Below, piece after piece: positions 40,431 to 55,405 of a DNA stretch of 64,000 nt. The DNA is from Kudoa neothunni (taxonomy: Eukaryota > Animalia > Cnidaria), in contig OZ199838.1 of assembly GCA_964304625.1 (NCBI GenBank), positions 4,613,354 through 4,677,353 on the forward strand. Reading direction: 5' to 3'. Both the position numbers and the translations under genes were made by a program. How positions within the stretch are numbered: the first letter of the stretch is position 1; every line of letters begins with the position of its first letter. The notes beneath the pieces were generated by a model. That model was not told the DNA's origin and ran no database searches. It was given only the letters and a program-made list of their open reading frames with translations.

Positions 40431-41117
40431 CCTTCGATTTTTTGGCAGAAAATTATTTTTTACATGGAAAAATTCATTTAGATTAAATTAATGAACTTAA
40501 ACTTAAGTAATACGTTCAACAAGTAGTAAATTCTGTATGAGAAAGCAAAAGTGCATACCAGCCGTCACCCATTGTATTATAAACCACACTACGGTATATC
40601 TACGGCGCGTTTCTATGTTTATCCTTCATTTTTTAACTAGCTGCCATATTGATATAACGACATAAACTCATTAACTGTTTAACTATGGTAGAAAAAATAA
40701 AGAAACCGCTTAATTTAATCATCTGCCCGAATCAAAAAGTACGTAAGATCGATCCACGCGTGACTTTTATTTTTCGTTTTTTCGTAATAACATAGCTTAT
40801 AAATTATTTAATGCGAATAATTGTAATATTATATAATTTTTACAACCATCTCAACCATGAGTGAACCTTTAATATGTAAAATAACTAATGTATGCACCAC
40901 CGGTTCATTACTGTATCTCGTAACAAATCAATCACATGACTCAGGTTAGCATGGTTGCTAAAAACCTTCTCTTTTGAACATTTTTAATTGATTAAAAATT
41001 ATTATGCATACAAAAACGATTTTATTAGTTTTCATTGTTAGCGTGATAACAGTGATTTAATTTATCTCAATTTAAAATTCATTTTAATTTACGATATGCG
41101 TACGCATTAATTTTCAA

Positions 41118-41625
41118 ATGACTAGTAAATGGTCTGCCTTTTCTAAATCGTATTTCGGTAATGTATTATCTAATGGAAAAAGAATTCTAGGAAAAGACCA
41201 AAGTTTATATTCGCACAAGTAGTTGTGTGGAAAAATTTATTTAATTCGGTTTAAATGTTCCCATATATTTTTAGATACTGGCGAATAATTAATTTCTACA
41301 AAAGTGATCCGAATCCAGAATTTACATCTCCATCATACCATCCAAATATGCAGGGTTACAGTCAACTTTTGTTGAAGTTGAGGAGTTATGGTCTATTCCA
41401 AGATGAAAGGCTTGTACTACGAAATTCTAATAGATCTCATACCTGAATAGTTTAGCACTGAAATTTGTTATCTAGGATTTCAAAGATGAGACAAAATATT
41501 TGAGAGAACATAAAAAATTAAGAAAAGGTTATAATTTGTATTTTTTGGGTGATGATTTTAATTGGTTATTTTTAGAAGAGGCAACGAAAAGAAAAACAGA
41601 AGAAAAGAAAAATAAAAAGAAGTAA
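41118..41625 (+). CDS. MRPS33: Mitochondrial ribosomal protein S33 (mS33), 4 exons
   Basis: YHPNMQGYSQLLLKLRSYGLFQDERL|DFKDETKYLREHKKLRK matches the animal mS33 core (YP.H..Y..L...LR..GLYRDEH.DF.DE..RL..LR). Three GT..TAG introns and a basic C-terminus. Confidence 0.88.
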
Positions 41626-42945
41626 CTTAAAAATTCTGCTTGAATCCAGCAGATTTCTGGGGCGATTTTTAGTCTTTATCAAATTCCAAATATACCACTG
41701 ATAAATGTGACTGTTTTTATGATAACTTTCGGTGCATTTTAACTCAATATCGTTATTTTTTATTTTTATCCCCTCATTAAAAATATGTTTATCCGTTGAT
41801 TACCTAGTTTAAGAAAGTATTTTTCCTTTTTAATTATCAAATTCGTCTTTACATATGATAAGAGGTTGGCTTGAACTAAAGGAGGACCTGAGACCAATGT
41901 TCACTCATGATGAAATACTGAGAAGTTCGGATATTAGCTTATTGTTATATAATTAGTTATTTAAAGTCTATGATTTTGATTATTTTTATTAATAAATAAA
42001 TATTTTAATTGGGTCGCAAACTGTAAAATTTATATTCTTTGAAATATTTCATTAATGTTTGATATCGTCTTTGTCTTGTGAATTAAAACTATTATAAGAT
42101 AATCAGCCGGAAAGTGGTTAATTTTTAATAACTCTATTGTGTGTAAAATGGAACAAGCCATGGAGGCCGGCGCATCCAAACTTACGTCAGGTTTGCTTCA
42201 CTTGTGGTACATTAAACGTCCATTGCACCTCCTAAAATAATGAATTGAAATTTATATTTAATTTTTTGAGGCCAAACAAAAATACAACAAAAAGTAAATA
42301 TGTTAAATATCAATCAGATGTGACTAAGTTCAATATGGAGAGTTTAATCATAATTTTTTTCAATTTTATGAATGAAAACCCGATCTACGTATTTTTATCC
42401 GTGTTTCTTATATGAATATTCAGTTCGAAACAAACTTTAAATTATTCAACGATGTTTTTGTTCCAAACCTATTTAGCCACTACTAGTTCACATTAACTAA
42501 TCGATGTTATCAAGCTTATATCAAAGTTTATCTTTTTGTTTAAATCAAAAGGATTATTCTAATTCCAAACAAGGTTTCTTTATTGAATCTTTTAAATCGC
42601 AATTATTTAAAAAGCATTGTTAAGAAATCTTATGAAAGTAACTTAACATTCAGTGTTGTTTCAAAGTTGGTGAATTAAAAGATTTCCAGCCTTACTTGAA
42701 AGTTATATCTGCAATATGCTATAATAGATCATAGTTCTTCCGCTTAATATATAATGTATTTTGGAAGGTTTAAATCAACTAATATATTGTGGCCCGATCA
42801 TATGAAAAGCCACTATTACACATAACTAGAGCTTAAAACAAAATCAGGAAAATTAGCCCTGCATTTGATTTAATAAATTTGGGGATAAACTGAAGGACAC
42901 AAAATAGTCAGATAAAATTTTAAAAACACGGAAAATCTCATGATA

Positions 42946-43346
42946 TTTTTTACATGGTAAAACCCCTGGCTCAACTCATTAGGTTGTGGAGTTATAGTTG
43001 GTTAGATAACCCCATTAACGCTGAAGACACTGCAGGGCGAGTAACATCTACCCCCTCGCCCCTTATCTTTCTGCAGTAATGTGGGAGTTTAACCCATTAG
43101 TTATCCTCTTTTCGGGAAACCACCACCCCAAACCCGATCCATAATGGCTTTGGCTCTACAGAGATTTCAAGCATGTAAGTATGTGAATCCCCGACTACTC
43201 AAACGTCTAATCCAACCTCCACTGCTAGACCGAACTTTAACAGCAGCTTCCATTACGGGATAGAGACACATTCGTACGGGAATCGAACCCAGTACCTCAA
43301 AATATTGATTCCAATCACTACACCACTGGGCTATCTGTCCTCGGCC
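42946..43346 (-). mobile_element. tRNA-derived SINE (copy/subfamily B)
   Basis: A box TAGCCCAGTGG, B box GGTTCGATTCC and a 3' tail shared with 1297-1804. Degenerate flanking duplication AAAATCTCATGATATTT / AAAAGTCTCAGGAGAATTT. Confidence 0.78.
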
Positions 43347-43505
43347 AAAAAGTCTCAGGAGAATTTCAAGACAGCTACTGGTTTAGCCACCAATCAAATC
43401 ATAATTTGAACGTAGGGCAAAAATTAACCCTATATTGCGACCCCTTGGCCTTTTCTGTATGCATTTCAAATACATTAAATGTTTTACATTGATGGTGTGC
43501 ATTAA

Positions 43506-43954
43506 TCTACTATATATATAAATTTCTTATGTCTGTCAGTGAGTGTTGCAGGTACGTGCCGTGGGTATTTGCTCTGGGTAGGCAGCCGGTGCCTTGGTAC
43601 AAGAAAATTAATTTGGATTTAATGATTAAGAATTATTGCTCAATAAATTTAGTAATAGTTTATTTACCGGGAATTGTAATTCTTATGTTGTATTTGTAGC
43701 CTAAAAATAAAATATTACAATTATAAATCGAATTTTTGAGGATTTTGAAATATTTACGTAATTAAATTAACGTTTATGCGTGAGAATGCAATTAATTTAT
43801 ATTCCAACGATTTATTTGAAATCTGGACGTCTCTTTATCAAATTAAATAGATTACAATAATAATTGAACGATACATTTTTACATTTTAATGATTTATATA
43901 TCATGAAATTAATAATACTCCATTCCTTACAATTATCATGGAGGGAATATCTAG
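43506..43954 (+). mobile_element. Short non-autonomous Helitron
   Basis: A|TCTACTATATATATAAA..TGTCTGTC start and CTAG|T end. Confidence 0.55.
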
Positions 43955-44149
43955 TTAACGCCATAAAACATTCTTAATTTAAATTTTCGGCCCTGTCCTA
44001 TGCTACATAGACATCTAAATTAGTTAACAAAGAGATTATTTTTACAACATTTTAGAATACAAACCAATAATGTTTTGATAGGTCAAAATAAAGAGGATAA
44101 ATTATTGGTGTAAGTTAAAATTACAAAAATATCTGAAAGTTGGTGTTTT

Positions 44150-45270
44150 GTATCTTTCTACTCATAAAGGAAACCCATTCTTCTTTCTTTTGCAGTAGCA
44201 AAGATATCAAGCACTTTTTCATAGAAATTGAAGGCTGGGTCTTGTTCCATTTGGTTAAGTCTTCCTTTTTCGATCGATATTAATGCAAGGGAAGAAAGTT
44301 GTTGGTTTGTCGTCCAGTTTCTGGTGGAGCTTTAATTCGTTTCAGTGCAGAAAACGACCGTTCCATAGAAACAGTTGTTGCAGGAATCGTTAAAATTAAT
44401 TGTAACGTTTTACAACTTAAGGAAATGTTTGATCCAATTGAATTTGGGAGATAAAATCGAGCAATTTTGTAGGGGACTCTTCATTGAATACGTGAGCATT
44501 ATAAATTCCGGCCAAGTCAGCTTTTAGTCTTAAATGTCAAAAAATTTTCATAATTCCTTTGCAGACTTTAAAGAGCACTTGTGTCGATTTGGCATGATAA
44601 ATTTTCAAAGTTATTTCCATTAATCAATGAAAAAACTTGAGATTTTCGAAATCATTAAATCTCGCCCTTTCATTTTTTGTGTCACATTGAGAGCGAAGGA
44701 TGGATCTAATTAAGTTATTTTCTTGACAGTATTTTTCGAAATTATAATACAATACATAATGTCTACAAATTTTTGTCTGCTATATATTGAAAAGCGCGTC
44801 AGTTAACCCCAAAATTTCATTATATATCATCAGTCAAAAGTACGTCGAGTCGTTTTTTAGGTGATTGTAAAGTCCAATATTTCGATGTAAAGTGTCTGAA
44901 TCTCGAAATGAGGGATTACTGTTTATATTGAAGAAAAGTTTGCAAAGATCACCGTGATACTCTAATATCATCCGCACTAATTTTGAATCTGAATTCCATC
45001 TCGTTGCCGCTGGAATGCGTTTCTGCATAATCTTATCAAGAAATAAGACCCGTTTAGTTGAATTTTTTGAAGAAATATGAAAGCGCTTCATTAGTCATGA
45101 AAAAGCTCGTACAATCAGGAATAATTTTGGCCGATCGTGACAACACAAGGTTTCACTTATGGACATAACAGTGAATAAACGGCGCGGTCGATATCTTTTG
45201 TTTAACTTTTGACTAAATTTCGGTACACCATCGCCTGTTCTGTCACGAAGAATATTAAATCCAGTGAAAA
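44150..45270 (-). pseudogene. hAT (ZMYM1-like) transposase relic
   Basis: FIHCYVHK, IPAATRWN and LQLILTIPATTVSMERSFSALKRI. Multiple stops and frameshifts. Confidence 0.8.
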
Positions 45271-45499
45271 CGCCCCATCTTTTTTTTTCTGTTAAGTTTC
45301 CTCAAAAAATTATTTTGAGTTGATTTAAAAATTTTTAGAAAATTCTAGCGATAGAATTTGGAGTAAATTTACATTTATCATTCAACTGTAATCCAGTTCA
45401 AGACTGTTCGGCTTAAGGTTCGTGACTCACAACGAAAAATAGAGCCTAACGTTAAATAGCCTAAAAAAACAAGTTTGAAATTAATCATATAATTTTAAA

Positions 45500-48400
45500 A
45501 TTTACAGGATGGATAATTATTACGATTGATCGCAATCATAGCATATTCTAGATGTTTTTTTATCATTTTGGCGAGAACAGAAGACACAGCGCTCTTTTTT
45601 TAGGGTGGTTGGTATATTCTTTAAATTATTTATGCTTTGGAATTTTGTTCTTTTTAACCCTCCCGGGACCAAGCGGGGTCTATCGTGACCCCATTTTCGA
45701 TAAATCATATTTTTATGAATGAAAGCCTCATAGGCTTCAGTATAAAATTCACATAATCTTAGAAAATATATTAATATACTAAATAAACTTAAATTTTTGA
45801 AAAATATTAGAATTTGTCCTAGAAAAAATGTTTGTAGTATAATTGAACACGTGTTCTCCATACGTCCACATACTTCATGCTACAACTTCATATTAAAATT
45901 ATTAATAGATAAAAATAAACAACGACAAATTATCGCAATTAGTATATATTAAACGTTCAATGATGGTACAAATTGTATGTTTTCCTTTTTCCTATCAAAG
46001 GATTACGATGACGTCAAAGATTAAATTAAGATTTATCGGTTATATGTATTTTAAACGGTGGGGTTAAACAAAGTATATTATTTCATTTTAGATGATTAAT
46101 TTAAGAATAAATTTATATTTAGGAATGCGTTTTGATAACGATATCAATAATTTTGGGCTAAACTACAGTATACGTGTATCAACTTCGGGGGGAGGGGGAG
46201 CACCGTAACTTGTTGGTAAATATTTGCGCCAGACTTTCAAGGGTCATTATCATTTGCATTTAAAATATAGTTTAGAACTATTTGATAAATGTATTGATAT
46301 TGGCGAAACGCCTAATTCACAGAATTTATTGATCCACGGAAAAAATCACGATGTGCATTTTGTTAACGAAATATTAATCAAAAAATTAATATACGGTGCT
46401 ATATCTACAAGGGACCTATTTTCTCATCGCACAGATTCAAAAAAAACTTTTCTTGACGCCAGCCATGTAGTTTAGAAACTGAGTGATGTTATCTTTGACA
46501 AAAACTTGCTTTCCCTCTAGGAAACTCCGGAATTAATGTGATTTATTCTTAAATAAATCTATTTTAAATTTTCATATTTAATTTATTTATTTTGGATGTA
46601 TAGACATACTCAAACATTTACAACTATGATCCGTACTTAAACTTACTTTCAATTTTGTGATTAACGACTTTTCCCGAAAACCATGCCTGATGCCTTGTAA
46701 GGTCGCTTGTGTTCATTTCTTTTCTATATTTGATTGAACCGCATTATTTTACCTCCAGAAACTTTCAACAATGTAAATACAATAAAACATGTATTTGAAA
46801 CCTAGAATAACAAGCGTCTTAACGTAGATGTTTATAATATTTAATCGAAGAATTAATTGCATTTTTCTCAGCTTTATTCCCTTTAAAGCGAACTTCTAAT
46901 CGGTTAATATAGCTGTGTGGTGAGTAATAATTACAAGAATAACTTTTGGGGTCAAAAATGACCCCCATGGGCACATACTGAATTTTTCGACTCATGGTCC
47001 TTTGACGGTTGAACCAGTTAATTTTAATTTGTTATCAATTAGGGGTTGATACAATGCTTCCGCTATCTCCTTCAAAAATGTACGTCTTAACTTTGTTGGT
47101 GGATTGAATATAATTTTGTATAATGCAAACGCATTAATTAAGTATAAATCAACAAAGTTATAAAATACGATCATCGGCCATCTTCCGTTGAATCGGCGCA
47201 CAAACAGATACGGATGCCAACATTCTATCGACCATGTCCACCCCCCTTTTTTTATCATACCAGAGTATAATCTAAGGTCTTTTATGATCTTCAGATATAT
47301 CGGCGTTAAATGTCTCTGTTGATAAAAGAATTACACAATTGTTCTTTTTGTTCACGCAGGACGTCAACATATTTTTTTAACAATGCAAAGGTAGCATTCT
47401 GTAATTCTCTACCTTTGGACGGAAGAACACATGAAGGATGGTCTCTTTTGTTTTGCCGTATGTTTCCTAAGTATGTTGAGCGTTTCTCCAATAGCTTGGT
47501 CGATAGTTTGATATACGAGAAGAAATTATCCGCCACAATTGTTCTGCCTGTACGGTACAATGGAGGATCGGCTAACTTGGTCTCCATTTTTCCGAGATAT
47601 GGGAAATATTTATAACGTAATTGTGTACCGGATCCATAAGAAGAAAAAATTTCAATTCGTATTTCGCCAGTTTCAATGGCATATACTGCCTAAATGGACA
47701 TCGTACTTTAAAGGTACCGACTGCTCATTAACAATGACGTCCTCAGTAGTTGAATAGCACATGGGAAGTACTTTCATCCACATGCTCCATAAATAGCGAA
47801 TTGAGCAAAATTTGTCTTGTTCTCTCCTTTGTGCTCTTGTGGTTAAATCATCAAAGTGAAGACTTCGCTATATTTGCCAAAAATTATTATAGGAGAAAAG
47901 TTGGCGATACGTTTGTTTTCCTTCAGTTAACCTAAAAAGTTTCAATAGAGACTCTTCTCTATCTTTATGGATAGCCATCAATATTAAAACCCCCAAAAAT
48001 CCTTTGAATTCCGTCTCGTCTAAATTAATCTAAGAATCACGAAATTGAGATTTTCCATATAGATTAGTATATTTTATATTTTCTTGACAAATATGATTGG
48101 TACAAACAAATAACGAAACAATCTAAAATATTTTGGATCCTTTGTAAGGCATATGCCGTTGAGTCAGGATGAGAATCCATTATGTTTTCAATCGACGTTC
48201 TTGACGATGTTGGTTTTTTCAATGTCCAGAGGATTCCGCTTTTACTGGTTGTATCATCTTCAGCACCTTCATTCTCAGATATTTCATCAGAAGTGCTCAT
48301 TGTAATTCAACTACCAGAAAAGCCCAACACGTGAAATCCTCAGATTCAAATAATCTCGCTTGTTCACATACCCCAAACTGGCGCATAATTAAAAAAATAA
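45500..48400 (-). pseudogene. piggyBac transposase relic interrupted by a nested MITE
   Basis: GRTIVADNFFS, YLGNIRQNKR, RWPMIVFYNFVD..INAF.LY and the C-terminal Cys-rich KERCVFC..NDKKT..IC..C at 45520-45640. Confidence 0.85.
45658..47008. mobile_element. piggyBac-type MITE inserted at TTAA
   Basis: TTAA|CCCTCCCGGGACCA ... TGGTCCTTTGACGG|TTGA, with GGGGTC..GACCCC palindromes near both ends. Confidence 0.6.
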
Positions 48401-48526
48401 AATTTCAGAGGGAGCATTCATCAACATTATAATTCTAAAATATATTTCTGATAATTAATACAATTTGATATGTCCGAAAAAATCGATGTTTCTTAATCTG
48501 CATGATAGGAAAACTTTAATATTGTG

Positions 48527-50019
48527 TCCACGCACTTTTTTGGAGTTGAGTTTGTTGATAATTGTGTTATTTTTTTATTTTAATGATTAGAAAAGCACAG
48601 AGAATTCGAACTTTAACAGATTAATATAATATAATTAAGTATTATGATAATTTATCGCAAAAAGATGCGAAAGCCGCTACCACCAAACATTTTTAATTGT
48701 TCTCAATTACGACTCTCAAAAGAATTTTAAAAATGAGAGAAAATACTGTCAAAATTTTCCATAAACTGTAACGCATAGATGGTTTAGTTGCTCTGAAAAA
48801 AGATATAATATTAAAAATGTTAATTTTCACGGTGAATTTGGCAACGTTGATCCCAAAACTACAGCAGGATGGATGTGTAAAATTGGAGCACTTTGTAATG
48901 GATATTCAGAGGATTGCATTTACAACATTGATCAGACGTGTTTGTTATATCAACAACAGCGTGGCAAATACTTCTCAATTTATTCTGTAATGGTTCTTCA
49001 GGTAACAGTTATATTCATTCATCCGAGAACAACATGAGAAGGACTAAAAAATCACGTTGTTTCAAGAATATTAAGAAGTTACCGTTTTGATTCGAATCCA
49101 ACAAAAAGGCTTGGATGACTCAGGATATTTTCTTGAGATACATTTTGAAAATTAATGATGACTTTATTAAACAAGACAAAAAGATTTTTCTAACGCAAAA
49201 TTAATATTTTCCCCCCAAAACACCACTAGCGTTTTGCAGTCGCTAGATCAGGGCGTCATCCATATCTTTAAATCATGCTACAAAACGTCGATGATAGAAC
49301 GATTCATTTGTTGTGCTGAAATGGGAATAGAGCTAACTCCTCCAAACATTTTAGAAGATGTGGGATTAATTAAAACCGCCTGGGAGAGCGTTTCTAAAAA
49401 TACAATCACAAATTGTTTCATAAAAGAAGGACTTTCATCGTTAAGATCTGCCTCAACTCAGGATGATTTATTAGTCGATAATGATGAAAAAGTTGCTGGC
49501 GATTTGATTGAAAATGAAATAACCGAAATGATAAAAGAAGAGGAATCATACGTAGCTCTCAATTATAACGATTTTGACTTTTCCGACAAAAATGATCTAA
49601 TACTAGACATCAGTAAGATATTTGATAATTTTATTTTAATTATATTTTTTGAGATTTTATTGCTGATGATGCAGAACAATCTGATACGGATGGGACACAC
49701 AATGTGGAAGAATTCCCCAGAAACAACATTATTACCTGCAAAAAAGCTTCGGAGCATTTGAAGGAATTAAAATCATTTTTTAGGATCCATGATAATAGAC
49801 AAAAATTATTTTTAATGCAGCGGACGAGTCGATATTTAAGATTCTCTCAAACATAATTTATTCGATTTTTCATTTAAACATGTTTATCTTCCAATATTGA
49901 ATAACAAATAAATTTCACGTTGATGCGAGCTCACTAGAGTGATGTATAACCGGGCTTGACCAATTTTACGCACTTTCTTCCTGGTCCCTGAAGAAGTGCG
50001 TGAAACCGGTTACCTACTG
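48527..50019 (+). mobile_element. Tigger/pogo DNA transposon, defective, copy 2 (5'-truncated, inverted relative to copy 1)
   Basis: Reverse complement of 38040-39532 with only about 3 differences seen by eye. Lacks the outer ~160 bp including one TIR. Confidence 0.92.
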
Positions 50020-51307
50020 CATAAAAGCTGCAGATTTTCTTCGACATGACTAGAACTTATAATTTATCCAGATTTTTGATATTTTGTACGTTTTATAAAT
50101 ATAGAAGAATAGCGTATATTTCGATTTGATATGAGAAGGTTAGTAAAAAGGTAATTTTTAAACTTTAAATTAGACTTAAGAAAGTGTTGATAGTTTTTCC
50201 AGTTTAAAAATTTTGTTGAATCAACTTTTTTACATAAAAAGTAATTAAACATACATTTCCATTAAGTGTTATCCACTGGAAAGTAACTCTTTCAATTTAA
50301 AAGATTAAATTATATGGTTGAAATTTTATTTTTGTTGACAATAATATTCATTAAAGTGAATTTTACATCGTATATTTGTTGTATAGAGGTCAATGATAAA
50401 ATTTCTAATTCGTCATAATGTGAATTATCGAAAACGTAATTACAATATTATTTGAAGTAATCAGAAAAATTCAAGTGAACGCTTTTTCTATTTTTGTTAT
50501 TTCTCCTTGCATCAAAATATTAATAATAAAAATAATAGATTAATTGGATATTTTCTCTAGGTTTTTCTGAAATGTATGGTGTGTATTCATGGTTTCAATG
50601 TTAAATATCTTGATTTTCGAGCCCAAATTTAATGTTCGGCTCCAGAAGTAGAAAAAAATTTTTCCCGCCATCAATTATTGACTCTCTCGGCCATATCGGT
50701 TTCCGACCCCTGATCTATAGCAAGCTACCGCTCCACTTTCGGGACGTAATATTATTATTGTAGTAGCGTGGTTGTTAGTTTAGTAAAACGTGTTTCTATG
50801 GCCAGATTTAACTTAACACGTGCTTTAATCAAGATTGTTTAAAAGTAAAAGATTTTAAATATTGGCTTGATCGCGAGCTAAGGATAACAATCACAGCTAT
50901 TGCAAATGTTCAACGAATTTTGTTCGTTCATGAACGCAGTGAAAACTGAACAAACTAACACATTGAGGGTTGAAACTATAAAATGTAAACTTCTAGCAAC
51001 GCAGTTGATAAGAAGCAATAATAATACGTGTTTGACATTACATCCAACAAATAAACTAATACATGATGTGAGCAGCAGTGCTGTGAGCCAACGATACCTT
51101 GAACGCTTGAAGAATAGATCAAACTTGTTATCTTAATAATATTATTGTTTTTTCCTTACAACCTTTGGTTTTTTAGCCTAATCTTGGGTATTTTCCAATA
51201 GTCTCATTGGAAGCCCCAACAATGTCCGCCTCCATGTATGTGCGTAAGTTTTTTTTCTGGGTATCGGAGGATTAACCCTAGAAAGCTCACCAAAAATAGT
51301 TGCACAA

Positions 51308-53771
51308 AGGCTCAGTGGGCCCCTTTTTGGTCCAAGTATAAATTGATTAAATAAAGTCTCCTTGTTATTTTACAGAGTTCTTTTATAATTTATTTAACTA
51401 AAAATGAGAAATGATATTTTGTGCAATAATTTTAGGAATCTATAAATTAAATTTATCCGTAGAGAGTGATTTATATAATATTTAGCTGTTCATTGAATCT
51501 TTTAATTCTTTATTCTAAATTAAAAAATTTTTTCAAACCGTAATAAACGATATTGACAAGGGGACCAAAAATAAGCACGACGTAATGTCGGTTGTCAAGT
51601 GTTTAAAACGGAGATTAAGATTTATACACCACGTGATTTGAAATGATTGCGAATGATACGTTTGACGGTAATAGGGTAGGATGTGGCACCTAAAAAACAT
51701 CTTTCTGCGCATCGTTTTTCTCGCCTATTCTTTCACAAACGTTCATAATAAAACAAAAGATTACCGAGAGGAAGTATTCAGTAAATTATGGTAACACCCA
51801 ATTTAGATGCAAATCACGAATACAACACCGTCGGCACGCGTGAAATCTTCCTTAAGTTCCCAATAACCAATTAAAACATACTTTACTGTGCACACATTAG
51901 CTTCTACATTTATTATACGTTTTAATAACATTTTTTGGGATGGGCTGTTCCATAATTATACGACTCAGACGTTTAATTCAACCTTACACATCTTATAAAT
52001 TATCTTCTCTATCATAATTGGTATACAGGCTGTGAACCTTTTAAATAAAAATTACAATAAATTATCACTTTTTGTAGTTTATATATTTTTTTGGTTAGTT
52101 TATTTTAATTATAAAAAAAGTTATAATCATTTTATCATAAAACTTTTATCATGAAATTTTTATAGCGATAATACAATGAATCTTCAATCTTCATTGCAAT
52201 CGATATCTATCACAAAAAATCTTTTAACAATTAATTTTTAAAGAAATATTGTTTACGAAAGTTAATTATACAAAATAAAAGAAGCAACGCAAATAAGAAT
52301 TTAATAATATAATGTATAAATATATGTTGTATTCTTTGCTTAATTTTTTAGATGTATATGGTCTTTTAATTTGATGTTCAATCTTTTTTCATTTTTATAA
52401 AACTAACGATTATATTTTAAGCCATAGATGCTGTGATGTACTTAATTTTTGAGGGAAATTTATGTCTAAGATGTTTTACTATTTTACCGGTTGGTTTAAC
52501 ATTATATTATATAAAAATCTAACATTCATTCCTTATTAAATTCTTTGGCTCTCTTCCCAAAATCTCCTTTTAAGTACCGGCCTCGATTATTTTAGCGCTT
52601 CCTGCGAAGAAGCGTCTCATCAATACCAATAACATGCCCTTTGCCATCAGATGGTTTTCGAGGAAGAAAATTAGCAGCGCAAATATTTCTTTTTTAAACC
52701 ATACCTCCGCTGTTTTTGTGATGGAATTAATATTTTCAGAGACAGATAAAATAGTTTTATCCATGCTTCAATTGTAAATGATTTTATATATTTTATTCCC
52801 CGTTATGTTTGGGTGGGATGAAACAAATTTAAACCTGACAAGAAAGTTCCACTTCGTGGAGATACCCTAGTTTTACATCTTCGAATTGCGAGACTAGTAC
52901 TTAGGTATAAAATAATTAATTTTCAAAATAATAACTGAATGAATAATACGCATCATTCCTTTTGGTGAGGGAAAAACAATTGAATTTGCAACAATTGTTA
53001 CACCTAAAATGAAGAAGAAGCAGATATTATTTATCTACAAGTATATTAAACAATTTAATGGGATTATTAATAAATAAAAAATAATCGCCATCTTTAATAA
53101 AACTCAAAGAACTCATTTTCTATAGAGCGAGAAAAATTTGATAAACTACTCGCTTAAATATTTTATATTTTGTTATTTAAATCAAACATTTCATTCCAAA
53201 ACATATTCCAGCGTTAAATCATATTTCAAAGAATATGATCATAATATACAGAAGTTGGATAGCGACCATGATTCCATGGAAACAGCTTTATGGCCTTACT
53301 ACGTAAATAATACGTCGTCGTGGTTTTTATTAAATTATGTTGAATTGTTTTAAAAAACTATTTTCTTGTATTCTATGTTATTACTCGAAAAATTATGATA
53401 ATAGCTAATACTCTATGCATAAATTTAATCTCCTTTTTAAGCACTTGATAACTAACATTACGTCGTGCTTATTTAGGTTCCTTTATCAATATTGTATATT
53501 ATGTTTTGAACAAAAAGTTTTAAATATATTAAAGTTTTGTTTCTTTCCAAAAAATCTTAATTTAGAACAAAGAATTAAAAGATTCAATGAACAACTAAAT
53601 ATTACCAAAATCACTCTCTACGGATAAATTTAATTTATAGATTCCTGAAATTATTACAAAAATTGTCATTTCTCATTTTTAATTAAATAAACCATAAAAG
53701 AACTCTGTACGATAACAAAGAGACTTTATTTGATCAATTTATACTTGGACCAAAAATTGGCCCACTTAACT
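51308..53771 (-). mobile_element. Second Merlin-type element with long TIRs
   Basis: About 200-bp inverted repeats (from 51308 vs to 53771). Internal minus-strand GKGHVIGIDETLLRRKR*NNRGR (~52570-52650). Confidence 0.72.
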
Positions 53772-53819
53772 TTTAAGATGAGCAATAAGTACCCTAAGAA
53801 GAAAAATAATTCTTGTCAA

Positions 53820-55150
53820 TACGTCTACTATAATTATTGGCATTGGTTATGCTTACGACAGTGAAAATCTTTTTTCCTGCTATAGATATTTCAAATCTGA
53901 ATTGAAACCATGTGATTAAATTTTTTTCCTATACAATTTTTAATTCTTTTAAATTGATGTTTTAATTTTCTTAGTTCATAAGTTTTGAGCATTATCCCTT
54001 GCTTCCAACTAATTATTGCGACTATAAATCAGTTATTTTTACATTTTTAACAATTCATGTATATTTAAACCACAATTCTACGCCAATTATGATAATGTTA
54101 CTTTATTTTCACATAAACTCATTGGTCCACTTGTCAACGTTATGGTCCGGTACGAATTAATTATATGAACTGTTATCATTTTATAAGATATTTACATCAT
54201 AATTTAGCAAGTATTGATGATTTTTTTTAAATTTTAAGTGAAATAGACCTAGCTGAAAAACTTATATGTCACCGCTTGATAATGAATACTATGTGGCATT
54301 AAAATATAAATCATAAAACATAATCAGGAACCCATGTTTGATAATCCTTATAATCCATTAAGTTTTTATAAAAAATATATTAAAATATTTTTGTAATTTT
54401 TTAGTCAGGAGTCCAAAAATAGTTAACCTGCTTCCCCTTTGGTCTTTCGACAGACTTGACGTTGGATTGAATGGGTATATCTTTATAAAAATTATTATAA
54501 AGGGTCCCAAATTAATTACTTTTACATTTATTACGATTTGTTGTTTGATTATACATTTAATTACAATTACTTAGGTAAATACATTATTATCATCTAAAAT
54601 TATGTTGGTTTACGCTTTATCTTCAGTATATTCATCAACTTAACCTAAATTATAATAATAAAACTAACATTTTTACATACGAATTACCTGTATAATAAAA
54701 TTCACTCTCAGCTTCAGGAGATACAATTTTATTGGAAACGTTTGTGTTGAAATTCGTGCTGTGACTTTACCACATTGGTCCAACTTTATCAGTTTTTCTT
54801 GGTCTTATATCTGCATTTAAAATTAAACTTAGGCTCTCGATAATCTGATGAAGCCGTAGCATTGACACATGGACCAATGGGTTCGTATGTAAATAAAGTT
54901 ATGTTTTCGCAATTAGTAAAAACTATTGATTTAAATATGCCTATACCGTCCCAAATAGAAAAATAATTGATTGTTGGTCTTAGTAAATGGTCGGAAGGAA
55001 GGAATAATACCCAAAACTTACGAATTAGTTGGATTAAAATAAAAATTTGTAATCACATGGTTTTAAATTTAGATTTGAAATATCTATAATAGGAAAAAAG
55101 ATATTCATTGTCATAAGAATAGCCATTTCCATAATTATTACTAACACGGA
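53820..55150. repeat. Diverged inverted repeat pair (~53820-54150 vs ~54860-55150)
   Basis: For example TTTTTCCTGCTATAGATATTTCAAATCTGAATTGAAACCATGTGATT and its reverse-complement counterpart at ~55050-55100. Family unknown. Confidence 0.55.
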
Positions 55151-55405
55151 TCCATCTATTATATTCTGAATCATTACATTATTAATATACTCGTTTTTCA
55201 ATTGGCATAAAATAACTTCAGTAAATAGAAGAAATAACATGATAAATTGGTCAGTATATGTTGATGAAAGGGATTTGTATCCTGGTGCAAATGTTAATAT
55301 CGTAAAGCAATATGTACGATTATCAAAGATAACGAAACCTGATTTTTAAAAAATCTGTTTAAAGTAGAATGAGATGATATATATATATATATATGTATAT
55401 GTATA

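Noticed and set aside
41855-42240. Short GC-richer ORF-like patches downstream of MRPS33
   Set aside because: Could not be joined into a convincing gene model or matched to a known family or snoRNA layout.
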